Positions 37,886 through 47,537 of a DNA stretch of 64,000 nt are shown here, piece after piece. How positions within the stretch are numbered: the first letter of the stretch is position 1; every line of letters begins with the position of its first letter. The DNA is from an uncultured Actinomycetota bacterium (GTDB taxonomy: Bacteria > Actinomycetota > Actinomycetes > Mycobacteriales > Micromonosporaceae): contig CAWIKR010000002.1 in NCBI GenBank assembly GCA_963836775.1, positions 663,042-727,041 of the forward strand. The letters are read 5' to 3'. A program made the position numbers and the translations under genes. The notes beneath the pieces were generated by a model. That model saw only the letters and a program-made list of their open reading frames with translations, had not been told where the DNA came from and ran no database searches.

Positions 37886-39173
37886 CCGGACCTTCCTGCC
37901 AGCGGATCAGGCGCCGGGCCTTGCCCACCTCGGTCCGCGGCAGCGAGCCCGGCTCGGCGACGATCACCTCGCAGCTCAGCCCGAGGCGCCGGCCGAGAGC
38001 ATCGACCAGCCGGTGGCGGAGCGCCGCCGGATCCACAGTCGACGACCGGGGCTCGCAACAGACCACCATCCGCGCGAGCGCGGCGGTCTGGTCGACGACG
38101 ATGACGTACTGCGGACCGACCGCCTCGTCGGCCAGCACCACCGCCTCGATCTCGCTCGGGTAGATGTTCACGCCCCGGATGATCAGCATGTCGTCGGCGC
38201 GACCGACCACCTTGCTCATCTTCACCGTGGTCCGCTCGGTGCTCGGGCTCCGGTCCAGCCGGGCCAGATCGCCGGTGCGATAGCGCAGCAGCGGCAGTGC
38301 CTCCTTGGTGAGGGTGGTGAAGGTGAGCTCGCCCAACTCGCCGTCCGGCACCGGCCGCCCGGTCACCGGATCCAGCGCCTCGACCAGGAAATGGTCCTCC
38401 TGGACGTGCAGCCAGCCGTCCGAGTCAAGGGTCTCGCAGGCCACCCCGGGTCCGATGATCTCGGACAGGCCGTAGATGTCCAGCGCCCGGATCCCGAGCA
38501 ACTCCTCGATCTGACCGCGCATGGAGTCGGTCCACGGCTCGGCACCGTGGATGCCGACCTTGAGCGACAGCGACGTCGGATCGATGCCGTCGGCGCGGGC
38601 CGCCTCGCCGAGGTAGATGGCGTAGGACGGAGTGCAGGTCAACACGTCCGGCTTCAGGTCCGCAATGAGCCGGAGCTGCCGAGTGGTCTGGCCGCCGGAC
38701 ATCGGCACCACGGTCGCGCCCAGTGCCCGGGCTCCGTAGTGGATGCCGAGGCCGCCGGTGAACAGGCCGTAGCCGTACGCGTTGTGAATCATCGACCGCG
38801 GGCTCGCACCGGCGCCGACCAGGCTGCGCGCCACGACGCCGGCCCAGATGTCCAGGTCCGCGGCGGTGTAGGCGACCAGCGTCGGCCGGCCGCTGGTCCC
38901 GGATGAGCCGTGCACCGTGACGCACTGCTCGATCGGCACCGCGAGCATCTCGAACGGATATGCCTCCCACAGGTCCGGTTTCGTCACCACCGGAAGGTTC
39001 GGCAGGTCGTCCAGGGTGAGGTCGGCACCGGACTCGACACCGGCGGCGCGCAGCCGATGACCCTGCACTCCGCCATCCACGCTGAGCAGGCGATCCACCA
39101 TTGTCCGGAGCCGGGACGTCTGGATGCCGGCCCGCTCGTCGGTGGAGATCGCCTCAATCGAGTCGAAGATCAC
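37866..39173 (-). CDS. Phenylacetate-CoA ligase family (PaaK / coenzyme F390 synthetase-like) adenylate-forming enzyme
   Basis: VHGSSGTSGRPT AMP-binding motif; overall length and pattern of PaaK-like proteins. Confidence 0.75.
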   Translation of the reverse strand: MIFDSIEAISTDERAGIQTSRLRTMVDRLLSVDGGVQGHRLRAAGVESGADLTLDDLPNLPVVTKPDLWEAYPFEMLAVPIEQCVTVHGSSGTSGRPTLVAYTAADLDIWAGVVARSLVGAGASPRSMIHNAYGYGLFTGGLGIHYGARALGATVVPMSGGQTTRQLRLIADLKPDVLTCTPSYAIYLGEAARADGIDPTSLSLKVGIHGAEPWTDSMRGQIEELLGIRALDIYGLSEIIGPGVACETLDSDGWLHVQEDHFLVEALDPVTGRPVPDGELGELTFTTLTKEALPLLRYRTGDLARLDRSPSTERTTVKMSKVVGRADDMLIIRGVNIYPSEIEAVVLADEAVGPQYVIVVDQTAALARMVVCCEPRSSTVDPAALRHRLVDALGRRLGLSCEVIVAEPGSLPRTEVGKARRLIRWQEGPAPVPGL

Positions 39174-39183
39174 GCCATACCTC

Positions 39184-41673
39184 CTACACGGATCTCGTCG
39201 CCACGGCCCGGGCCGCCAGCGATCGGGCGAGCTCGTCGGTCTCGTCGATCAGCGACCGTCGGAAGCCGGTCGGCAACGAGTCATCATCGCTCATCACCCG
39301 CATCGTCGCGAGAGTCGTCGCGTCGATGGCGAACGACGGGAACACTCGCTGCCCAATCACCTCGGCGACCTGAGGGTCGCGCCAGCCGGCCAGGGTCGGC
39401 ATGTCGGCGATGAAGCGATCCACATAGGACGCGGTGACCTGCTCCTGGCCCGGTCGCCAGAATCCGCGGGCGATCGCGAACAGGATCCGGTTCGACAGCG
39501 ACGCGTCGTGGATCAGTGCCCGCCAGGCCCACGACTTGGCGTCCGGATCGGGCCGCGCGGCGCGTGCCCGCGCGGCCCGCTCGGCGCCGGCAGCGGTGTG
39601 ATCGCGGGCGTATTCGGAGTCGATGTCGGACTCCCCCGACACGCCGAACGCGGCCAGCTGGGTCAGAAGCATCCAGCGCAGGTCAGCGTCGACTCGGAGG
39701 GCATCGGGCGCGCTCGCTGGATCCTCGATCCAGCTCGACATCCAGCCGGCGTCGCCGGCGCTGCCGCAGGAGATCAATCCGCGGGCGGCGGCCAACTGCA
39801 GGCTGGAGCCGGGGGTGGCCTGCTCCATCGCATGCCGGCACGAGTCGGCGAGCCGGGCCAGCCCGTCGGCCCGCTGCCACGGCGGCAGGTAGCGGCTGGC
39901 GGCGAAGTCCCGGGCGTAGCCGAGCACCTCGGCGAAGATGCCGACGTGCCGCTCACTGCGCAGACCCGTCGCGCACAGATCGAGAAAGTCACCGGCCGGC
40001 ATCTCGGCGTCGCGGGTGGCGTCCCAGGCCGCGCCCCACAGCAACGCCCGGGTCAGCGAGTCGTCGATGGCCGGCAGCACCCGGCCCAGGTTGGCGCGAC
40101 TGACCGGATCCAGGCGGACCTTGGCATAGGTCAGATCGCGGTCGTTGGCCAGCACCAGGTCGCCGGCGATCAACCCGGGCACCGGGGTGGCGGCTCCGGC
40201 GATCTCGACGCTCACGCTGCTGACCTGGTCCGCGGCACCATCTTCGGCGACCGTGTAGGCGGCCACCTCGATCCGGTGTGGCCGATAATCCGGCGCCGCG
40301 GTCTGGTCGATCTGGACCGTCGCGCCGTCCCGGCGGGTCCGCAACGTGTTCACCCCGGACGTGCGCAGCCACAGCTCCGCCCACTCGGACAGGTCCCGGC
40401 CACTGGCCTCGCTCAGAACGTCGAGGAGGTCGGCCAGAGTCGCGTTGGCGTAGGCGTGCCGGTCGAAGTGCCGGCGCAAGCCCGCAATGAACGCCTCGTC
40501 ACCGATCACCGTCGCGAGTTGTTTGAGCACCGAGGCGCCCTTGGCATAGGAGATCCCGTCGAAATTGACCAGAGCCTGATCGGTGTCGTGCACCGTGCCC
40601 GCCACCGGGTGCGTGGACGGGCGCTGATCGGCCGCGTATCCCCAGGCCTTGCGGCCGAGCGCGAACGACGTCCAGGCGTCCCGGTAGCGAGTGGCCTCGG
40701 CGGTGGTCCGGTTGCCGAGATAGTCGGCGAACGACTCGTTCAGCCACAGGTCGTCCCACCAGCGCATGGTGACCAGGTCGCCGAACCACATGTGAGCCAT
40801 TTCGTGGGCGACGATGGCCGCCCGATCGGCATATTCGTCGGTGGTCGCGGCGGAGGTGAAGATGAGGTCGTCGCGGAACGTCACGCAGCCAGGATTCTCC
40901 ATCGCACCCATGGTGAACTCGGGCACGAACGCCTGGTCATACTTCCCGAACGGATACCGCACACCGAACAGGTCGTGGTAATAGTCAAGGCTCTGCCGGG
41001 TGACCTCAAAGATGTCCGGTGCCTGCGCCTCCAGCTGCGGCTTCAGCGCCGCACGCGCATAGATTCCCAGCGGTACGCCGTCATGCTCGTCCCGCACCAC
41101 GTGGTAAGGCCCCGCGATCAGCGTGACGAAGTAGGTCGCGAGTGGCCGGGTCGTGGCGAACTGCCAGTGCCCGCCCGCCAGCCGGGTCTCGGCGCCGTTG
41201 GCGGCGACGATCCAGGCCGGGTCGGCCTTGACCCGCAGGGTTACCGGCGCCTTGAGATCCGGCTGGTCGAAGCAGGCAAACCATTGTGGGGCATCGTCCA
41301 GAAACGACTGGGCATAGAGGTAGGTGTTGCCGTCGGCCGGGTCGACGAAGCGATGCAGCCCGGTCCCGGTGTTGGTGTAGGCCATGTCGGCCTCGACGGT
41401 CAGGATGTTCTGGGCCGCGAGCCGGCGCAGTGGCAGCCGGCCGCCGCCGTAGGAGTACGGGTCGATCGCCGCGCCGTTGAGCGTCGCCGAGCGCAATCGC
41501 GCCGGCTTGCACTCCAGAAACGTCTCGACGCCCGGCTCGGCGCAGCCGAAGGTGATCGTCGTGGTTGACCGGAACGTCGCATCGCCGCAGGTCAAGTCCA
41601 GCTCGACGTCGTAGGCCGCAACTGAGATCAATGAGCCGCGCCGGATCGCTTCGGCGTGCGTGAGGCTGGGCAT
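39184..41673 (-). CDS. pepN: Aminopeptidase N (M1 family)
   Basis: GAMENPG, HEMAHMWFGD and WLNESFA zinc-peptidase motifs; 829 aa. Confidence 0.95.
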   Translation of the reverse strand: MPSLTHAEAIRRGSLISVAAYDVELDLTCGDATFRSTTTITFGCAEPGVETFLECKPARLRSATLNGAAIDPYSYGGGRLPLRRLAAQNILTVEADMAYTNTGTGLHRFVDPADGNTYLYAQSFLDDAPQWFACFDQPDLKAPVTLRVKADPAWIVAANGAETRLAGGHWQFATTRPLATYFVTLIAGPYHVVRDEHDGVPLGIYARAALKPQLEAQAPDIFEVTRQSLDYYHDLFGVRYPFGKYDQAFVPEFTMGAMENPGCVTFRDDLIFTSAATTDEYADRAAIVAHEMAHMWFGDLVTMRWWDDLWLNESFADYLGNRTTAEATRYRDAWTSFALGRKAWGYAADQRPSTHPVAGTVHDTDQALVNFDGISYAKGASVLKQLATVIGDEAFIAGLRRHFDRHAYANATLADLLDVLSEASGRDLSEWAELWLRTSGVNTLRTRRDGATVQIDQTAAPDYRPHRIEVAAYTVAEDGAADQVSSVSVEIAGAATPVPGLIAGDLVLANDRDLTYAKVRLDPVSRANLGRVLPAIDDSLTRALLWGAAWDATRDAEMPAGDFLDLCATGLRSERHVGIFAEVLGYARDFAASRYLPPWQRADGLARLADSCRHAMEQATPGSSLQLAAARGLISCGSAGDAGWMSSWIEDPASAPDALRVDADLRWMLLTQLAAFGVSGESDIDSEYARDHTAAGAERAARARAARPDPDAKSWAWRALIHDASLSNRILFAIARGFWRPGQEQVTASYVDRFIADMPTLAGWRDPQVAEVIGQRVFPSFAIDATTLATMRVMSDDDSLPTGFRRSLIDETDELARSLAARAVATRSV

Positions 41674-41702
41674 GACGTCAAGGTTATGGGTACGCTGTCC
41701 CC

Positions 41703-41744
41703 ATGCGAGATGTACGCCTCAACCTGAGCTGGTGGCGCCGCTAG
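41703..41744 (+). CDS. Candidate trpS leader peptide MRDVRLNLSWWRR
   Basis: ATG...TGG TGG CGC CGC TAG read directly; tandem Trp codons at 41730-41735; no obvious SD. Confidence 0.45.
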   Translation: MRDVRLNLSWWRR

Positions 41745-41799
41745 TCGGCGGCCACACTTCTCGCGTACCCACGTTCGCGGCCGCCCCATTGGGCGGCCG
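41732..41799 (+). promoter_or_regulatory. Attenuator-like alternative hairpins in the trpS leader
   Basis: Hairpin 41732-41755 covers the Trp codons and stop. GGCGGCC (41747-53) can instead pair with GGCCGCC (41779-85). A 9-bp GC stem CGGCCGCCC-CATT-GGGCGGCCG sits at 41778-41799. Confidence 0.45.
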
Positions 41800-41886
41800 T
41801 TGCCATGTGCGGCGATCTCCGTCCACGGGCGTCCGCTCCGATCATCAACCACCGCGATTGCCGCGGCCGATCAAGGAGCGATCATC

Positions 41887-42869
41887 ATGGGACTTCCCCG
41901 CCGGATCTCCGGCTTCCAGCCCACCGGGTTCATGCACCTCGGCAACTATCTCGGCGCCATCCGCCAGATGGTGGCCGCCCAGGCCGACTACGACTCGATC
42001 GTCTTCATCGCCGATCTGCATGCCCTGACCAAGGCCCACAAACCCGCCGACGTCCATGCCCGCACGCTCGACAACGCCGCGTTGCTGCTGGCTGCCGGCG
42101 TCGAGCGAGAAGCAGACCAAGTTCTACGTGCAATCGCATCTTCCGGAGACCACCGGGCTGCACTACCTCCTCGAATGCGCGACCCTCTACGGCGAGGCCA
42201 CTCGCATGATCCAGTTCAAGGAGGCGAGCGCCAAGCAGACGTCGGTCCGGCTGTCACTGCTCACCTATCCAGTGCTGATGGCGGCCGACGTGCTGCTGCA
42301 TGACATCCACGACGTGCCGGTCGGTAATGACCAGTCGCAGCACGTCGAGCTGGCGCGCGATGTCGCGGTGCGGTTCAACCACGCCTATGGCGACACGTTC
42401 GTCGTGCCCAAGGCGGTGAATCCGGAGTACGGCACCCGGGTCATGGATCTGACCGACCCGGCCGCCAAGATGGGCAAGTCGAATGCATCCCAGGCCGGCA
42501 CGATCCAGCTGCTTGACCCGCCGGACACGGTGGCGCGCAAGGTGCGCCGCGCGGTGACCGACCGATCTCGGTCCGGCCTATTACGACCCGGAGCACCGAC
42601 CGGGCGTCTCCAACCTGCTGGAGATCCTGGCCGCCTGCACCGGTGCCGATCCGCTCGAGCTGCGATTCGCTGGAAACGCCGAGCTGAAGGCCGCGGTCGC
42701 CGACGCGGTGATCGACACGATCGCCCCGATCCAGGTCCGGTACGCGGAAATCGTCGCGGATCCCCGACGGCTCCGTGGCATCTTGGCCGACGGCGCGGCG
42801 CGGGCCTCGGTGCGGGCTCGGGCCACGCTGGACCGGGCTCGGAATGCCATCGGACTGGTCCAGCCCTGA
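41887..42869 (+). pseudogene. trpS: Tryptophan--tRNA ligase with two apparent 1-nt frameshifts (about 42106 and 42563)
   Basis: Frame a has ISGFQPTGFMHLGNYLG (HIGH-like). Frame b has KFYVQSHLPE..., VPVGNDQSQHVEL, KMGKS. Frame c has DLGPAYYDPEHRPGVSNLLEIL... to the TGA at 42867. AAGGAG RBS before the ATG at 41887. Confidence 0.85.
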
Positions 42870-42892
42870 CTGCGGCCGTCCTCCGCGACTGG

Positions 42893-42928
42893 GGACGATC
42901 GTGCACGTCAGAGCGTGCGCGATCGTCC
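42893..42928 (+). terminator. Hairpin downstream of trpS
   Basis: GGACGATCGTGCAC - 8 nt - GTGCGCGATCGTCC (13 of 14 paired), then ACAGTTTC. Confidence 0.6.
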
Positions 42929-43170
42929 ACAGTTTCAAGCGCCGCAGCCGCGTTCCGCGCCGCCGATGTCACATCCTCGGGCGACGACACGTCATACGAG
43001 TACGTGAATGTCGATGGCAGTGGATCTAACGGCGCGAGATCAGCGGACTCATGTCGGACGCGGGGGCTACCGTGCCAGACGTGGACCGGCACGACAAGAG
43101 GTCGCACGAGGTCGCCGACGGTGCTGGACAGTTCCGATACGGTGGCGTTACGATTTTGCGTCACCCAAAT

Positions 43171-43184
43171 ACTCCACATGGAGT
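43171..43184. promoter_or_regulatory. Palindrome ACTCC-ACAT-GGAGT overlapping the padR RBS (candidate PadR auto-operator)
   Basis: Direct reading; ends 6 nt before the padR ATG. Confidence 0.35.
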
Positions 43185-43189
43185 AAACG

Positions 43190-43786
43190 ATGAGGGCTAA
43201 GCCACATCGGACGTTGACACCGCTGGCGCTGGCGGTGTTGCGCCTGCTGAACACCCGACCGATGCATCCCTACGAGATGCATCAGGTGGTGCGCGATCAC
43301 GGCACCGACCGAGTGATCAAAGTCCGCGCTGGCTCGCTCTATCACACGGTGGAGCGCCTGCATCGCCACGGCCTGATCGAGCAATTGGAGACTGGGCGCG
43401 AGGGCCGCCGCCCCGAGCGGACCGTCTATGCGATCACCGACGCCGGCCGGGACGAGTTCGTCACCAACCTGCGTGATCTGCTCCGGGTGCCGGCCGAGGA
43501 ATATCCCCTATTCGTCGCAGCCCTGGAAATGGCCGCCGCGCTGCCGCCACCGGTGGTCCGGAGGTTGCTCGAACACCGTGCCATCGCGCTGGAAGCGCAG
43601 CTGGCCGGGCACGAACAGGCCGTCGCGGCACTGACCAAGCAGGGGTTGCCTCGGATCAACCTGATCGAGGCGGAGTTTGGCATGAGTGCCAGCCGCGCCG
43701 AATTGACCTGGGTCCGGCAGATCGTCGCGGACATCGACACCGGCGAGCTGACCTGGACCACCGACGACGAACAGCAACGTCGATAA
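43190..43786 (+). CDS. PadR family transcriptional regulator
   Basis: LALAVLRLLNTRPMHPYEM...GSLYHTVERLHRHGLIE...RTVYAITDAGR winged-helix pattern. Confidence 0.9.
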   Translation: MRAKPHRTLTPLALAVLRLLNTRPMHPYEMHQVVRDHGTDRVIKVRAGSLYHTVERLHRHGLIEQLETGREGRRPERTVYAITDAGRDEFVTNLRDLLRVPAEEYPLFVAALEMAAALPPPVVRRLLEHRAIALEAQLAGHEQAVAALTKQGLPRINLIEAEFGMSASRAELTWVRQIVADIDTGELTWTTDDEQQRR

Positions 43787-43813
43787 CCCGAGAACAATCA
43801 AGGAGTTCGCGTC

Positions 43814-45502
43814 ATGACCGCTCCACAAGGTGCGCAGCCGACCTTGACGACCAAATACAGCCCGTGGTTGGTGCTGTTCACGCTGTGTCTCGGCTTCTTC
43901 ATGATCCTTCTGGACACGACCATCGTCAATGTCGCGATTCCGCAGATGAGCGAGCACCTGGGCGCTTCGCTGTCGGAGATCCTCTGGATCCTCAACGCCT
44001 ACATCCTGGTCTACGCGGTCCTGCTGATCACCGCTGGGCGGCTCGGTGACCTCTACGGACCGAAGCAGCTGTTCCTGGTCGGTCTGCTGATCTTCACCGT
44101 GGCCTCGGCGGCTTGCGGTCTCTCCGCCAACCCGACCCAGATGATCATCTTCCGGATCGTCCAGGGCCTCGGCGGCGCGCTGCTGACTCCACAGACGCTG
44201 TCGGTGATCACGATGATCTTCCCGCCGGATAAACGCGGGGCCGCATTCGGCCTGTGGGGCGCGGTCGCCGGCGTCGCCACCGTGGCCGGCCCGACCCTGG
44301 GCGGCTGGCTGGTCACCGACTACAGCTGGCGCTGGATCTTCTTCGTGAACGTGCCGATCGGCATCATCGCGCTGATCCTCGCGTTCGTCGTGATGCCGAA
44401 CATCAAGCTCAACCGCAGGCACCACCTGGACCTGCCGGGCGTCGCGCTCTCCACGGTCTCGCTGTTCCTGATCGTCTACGGCCTGATCGAGGGCCAGTCG
44501 CACGATTGGGGCAAGGTCTGGGGTCCGATCACGATTCCGATGATCATCGGTGCCGGCGTGGTGCTGCTGGCCATCTTCCTCTGGGTTCAATACCTGGAGC
44601 GCGACGCCGAGCCCCTGGTGCCGTTCGCCCTGTTCAAGGACCGCAACTTCTCGACCATGAACTTCGTGGTCGCCGCCATCGGCTTCGGCATGCTGGGCTT
44701 GTTCCTGCCGCTGACGATCTTCCTGCAGAACGTGCTGGGCCTGACCGCGCTGCAGGCCGGTCTGACCACGGCGCCGATGTCGATCATCTCGATGTTCGTC
44801 GCCCCGGTGGCCGGCCGGTTCGCCGACAAGGTCGGCGGCAAGTGGATCCTGTTCGTCGGCGTCAGCCTGTTCGCCAGCGGCATGGGCATCCTGATCGCCT
44901 CGTCGCACGTGGATTCGACCCGCTGGCACCTGCTGCCGGGCCTGATCGTGGCCGGCTTCGGCCTCGGCATGACATTCGCTCCACTGCAGACGATCGCGAT
45001 GCGGGATGTTCAGCCGCGGCTGGCCGGTGCGGCCTCCGGTCTGATCAACACCACACGCCAACTCGGCGCCGTGATCGGATCGGCGGCGGTCGGTGCGTTG
45101 CTGGCCTCGCAGCTCACCGACAAGATGCCGGCGGCCGCCGCGAAGGCCACCTCGGGCCTTCCGCCGGAGGCCCAGAGCCAGGTCGCGGCCGGCCTGAAGC
45201 AACTGGCCGCCTCCGGAGCCGAGGTCGCCAGTGGTGCCCAGAAGATCCCGCCGGGCGTCCCGGAGCAGGTCAAGCTGGCGTTCAAGTCCGCCTTCGACAA
45301 CGGCTACACCAATGCCATGCGGGTGACTCTGGTCCTGCCGATCGCGGTCATGGGCCTGGCAGCGATCAGCGTGCTGCTGGTCAAGCAGCGCACCCTTGGC
45401 GCCGAGCCGGCCGCCGCCGCGCCGGCAGGTGGCGCGTCCGCACCAGCGGGCGCACCGTCCGGCCGGACCGCGTCGGAACCGACCGATATCTCGGTCGACT
45501 AG
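43814..45502 (+). CDS. MFS transporter, DHA2 (EmrB/QacA) family
   Basis: 14-TMS pattern; LDTTIVNVAIP and GRLGDLYGPKQLF motifs; downstream of padR. Confidence 0.9.
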   Translation: MTAPQGAQPTLTTKYSPWLVLFTLCLGFFMILLDTTIVNVAIPQMSEHLGASLSEILWILNAYILVYAVLLITAGRLGDLYGPKQLFLVGLLIFTVASAACGLSANPTQMIIFRIVQGLGGALLTPQTLSVITMIFPPDKRGAAFGLWGAVAGVATVAGPTLGGWLVTDYSWRWIFFVNVPIGIIALILAFVVMPNIKLNRRHHLDLPGVALSTVSLFLIVYGLIEGQSHDWGKVWGPITIPMIIGAGVVLLAIFLWVQYLERDAEPLVPFALFKDRNFSTMNFVVAAIGFGMLGLFLPLTIFLQNVLGLTALQAGLTTAPMSIISMFVAPVAGRFADKVGGKWILFVGVSLFASGMGILIASSHVDSTRWHLLPGLIVAGFGLGMTFAPLQTIAMRDVQPRLAGAASGLINTTRQLGAVIGSAAVGALLASQLTDKMPAAAAKATSGLPPEAQSQVAAGLKQLAASGAEVASGAQKIPPGVPEQVKLAFKSAFDNGYTNAMRVTLVLPIAVMGLAAISVLLVKQRTLGAEPAAAAPAGGASAPAGAPSGRTASEPTDISVD

Positions 45503-45535
45503 TCCGTCGCCTCGCGGCCCTAGGGCCTACACGCG

Positions 45536-45569
45536 AAACGGCCGCGCCCGGATCCGGGCGCGGCCGTTT
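45536..45569. terminator. Perfect 34-nt palindrome, bidirectional terminator between MFS and obg
   Basis: AAACGGCCGCGCCCGGA/TCCGGGCGCGGCCGTTT with A/T flanks on both sides. Confidence 0.8.
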
Positions 45570-45591
45570 GCCGCTATCAGTGTCGCGGAGA

Positions 45592-47066
45592 CTACTCGTC
45601 GTCCTCGTAGTCGCTGAAGTCGTCGACCAGTTGTGGCTGCGTCTCGACTTCGCGCTGCTCGTACGGGATCCGGCGGGTCTTCTTCGCGGCCAGTCGCTGA
45701 GCCGCCGTGGGGCGGGCCGACTGATCCTCGAGGCGATAGTCGGTGCCGCGGTTGCCGGGCTTGTACTCGACGCCGGCGTACACCTCGGGCTGCCAGTCGA
45801 AGTCCCACGTGCCGATGCGCACCGGGGCACCTGGCTCGGCGCCGGCCTTCGCGAGCGCATCCTCGACACCGAGACGGGCCAGCCGGTCGGCGAGATAACC
45901 GATCGCTTCGTCGTTGTCGAAGTTGGTCTGGCGTACCCATCGCTCCGGACTGGCGCCGCGCACGACGAAGATCCCTTCGTCGTCCTGCTCGATCGTGAAG
46001 CCCTTGTCGTCGACGGCCTGCGGCCGCAGGATGATCCGGGTCGGCTCTTGAACCGGCTGCGCCGCGCGATGCTCGGCGATGACCCGGGCCAGCGCGAAGG
46101 TCAGCTCCTTCAGCCCTTCCCGGGTCGCGGCGCTGACCTCGAAGACCGGCCAGCCACGCTTCTCCAGCTCGGGCCTGGCCAACTCGGCCATGGCACGGCC
46201 GTCCGGCAGGTCGATCTTGTTGAGCACGATCACCCTTGGCCGGTCCTCAAGCCCGCCATAAGCGGCCAGCTCGGCTTCCAGGGCGTCGATGTCGGCGCTC
46301 GGATCACGCTCGGTCTCCAGCGTGCCGGTGTCGACCACGTGGGCCAGCACCGAGGTGCGCTCGATGTGCCGGAGAAACTGCAGACCGAGACCCTTGCCGG
46401 TGGCGGCGCCGGGGATCAGCCCGGGCACGTCGGCGATCACGAATGAGTCGCCGTCGACCTGCACCACGCCCAGATTCGGCACAAGGGTGGTGAATGGGTA
46501 GTCGGCGATCTTCGGGCGGGCCGCCGACATCGCCGCGATCAGCGAGGATTTGCCCGCGGACGGGAAGCCGACCAGACCGACATCGGCCACGCTCTTGAGC
46601 TCGAGCACCACGTCCATGCATGTCGCCGGGCTCGCCGAGCTCGGCGAAACCGGGAGCGCGGCGCTTGGTGTTGGCGAGGGCCGCGTTGCCGCGCCCGCCC
46701 CGGCCGCCGAGCGCCAACTCGTACGTCGTGCCGACGCCGACCAGGTCGGCCAGCACCTCGCCGTTCGCCGTCATGCACCGCGGTGCCGTCCGGCACCTTG
46801 ACCACCAGGTCGGCGCCGTTGGCGCCCTGCCGGTTCCCACCGGCACCACCGCCGCCGTTGGCGGCCTTGAGGTGCGGCCGGAAGTGGAAGTCCAGCAGCG
46901 TGTGGGTCTGCTGGTCGACGACGAGCAGGACATTGCCGCCATGCCCGCCGTTGCCGCCATCCGGACCGCCGAACGGCTTGAACTTCTCCCGCAGGATCGA
47001 GACGCAGCCGTGCCCGCCGTTGCCGGCCTGCACGTGCAGCACGACCCGGTCGACAAACGTGGCCAT
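45592..47066 (-). pseudogene. obg: GTPase Obg with two apparent 1-nt frameshifts (about 46767 and 46615)
   Basis: Frame A has [23 protein letters not shown]...[11 protein letters not shown]. Frame B has [31 protein letters not shown]...FAELGEPGD. Frame C has [24 protein letters not shown]...NKID... to the stop at 45592. Confidence 0.85.
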
Positions 47067-47133
47067 CACGGCCTCCTTCCTGCTGGGACGGGCCGAATGA
47101 CCCAAGATCTAGGCTAGCCCGCACCTCTGCGCT

Positions 47134-47180
47134 GATCGTGCAATGTCGATGTGGTGGTGGCCACTCAACGTGCCGATACC
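47134..47180 (+). repeat. Degenerate family B-like element in the rpmA-obg spacer
   Basis: GATCGTGCAATGTCG...CTCAACGTGCCGATACC resembles GATCTTGCGATGTTG...CTCAACGTCGCAAGATCC; the arms pair poorly. Confidence 0.3.
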
Positions 47181-47271
47181 CCGCGGGTGCCGCGCCTGCT
47201 TAGCTGTAGAAACGAGCAACGGCCCGCAGGACCAGGTCCCACGGGCCGCCGACGACGTCTTCGACGAAGAC

Positions 47272-47529
47272 TTAGCTCTCGGACGGAACGATGCTGACGG
47301 TCTTGCGACCACGGCTGATGCCGAACTGCACCGAACCGGCGGCAAGAGCGAACAGCGTGTCGTCGCCGCCGCGGCCGACCAGGTCACCCGGGTGGAACTT
47401 GGTGCCGCGCTGGCGGATCAGGATTTCGCCGGCCTTGACGACCTGGCCACCGAAACGCTTGACACCAAGCCGCTGGGCGTTGGAGTCACGGCCGTTCCGA
47501 GAGCTGGACGCACCCTTTTTGTGTGCCAT
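47272..47529 (-). CDS. rpmA: 50S ribosomal protein L27
   Basis: [29 protein letters not shown]. Confidence 0.97.
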   Translation of the reverse strand: MAHKKGASSSRNGRDSNAQRLGVKRFGGQVVKAGEILIRQRGTKFHPGDLVGRGGDDTLFALAAGSVQFGISRGRKTVSIVPSES

Positions 47530-47537
47530 CTCGGCGC

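Noticed and set aside
41726-41760. Possible T-box upstream of trpS, because of CUGGUGGCGCCGC resembling GGUGGNACCGCG
   Set aside because: The leader is too short for Stem I, no specifier loop or other conserved T-box blocks were found, and the match has 2-3 core mismatches. The Trp-codon leader peptide model explains the same bases better.
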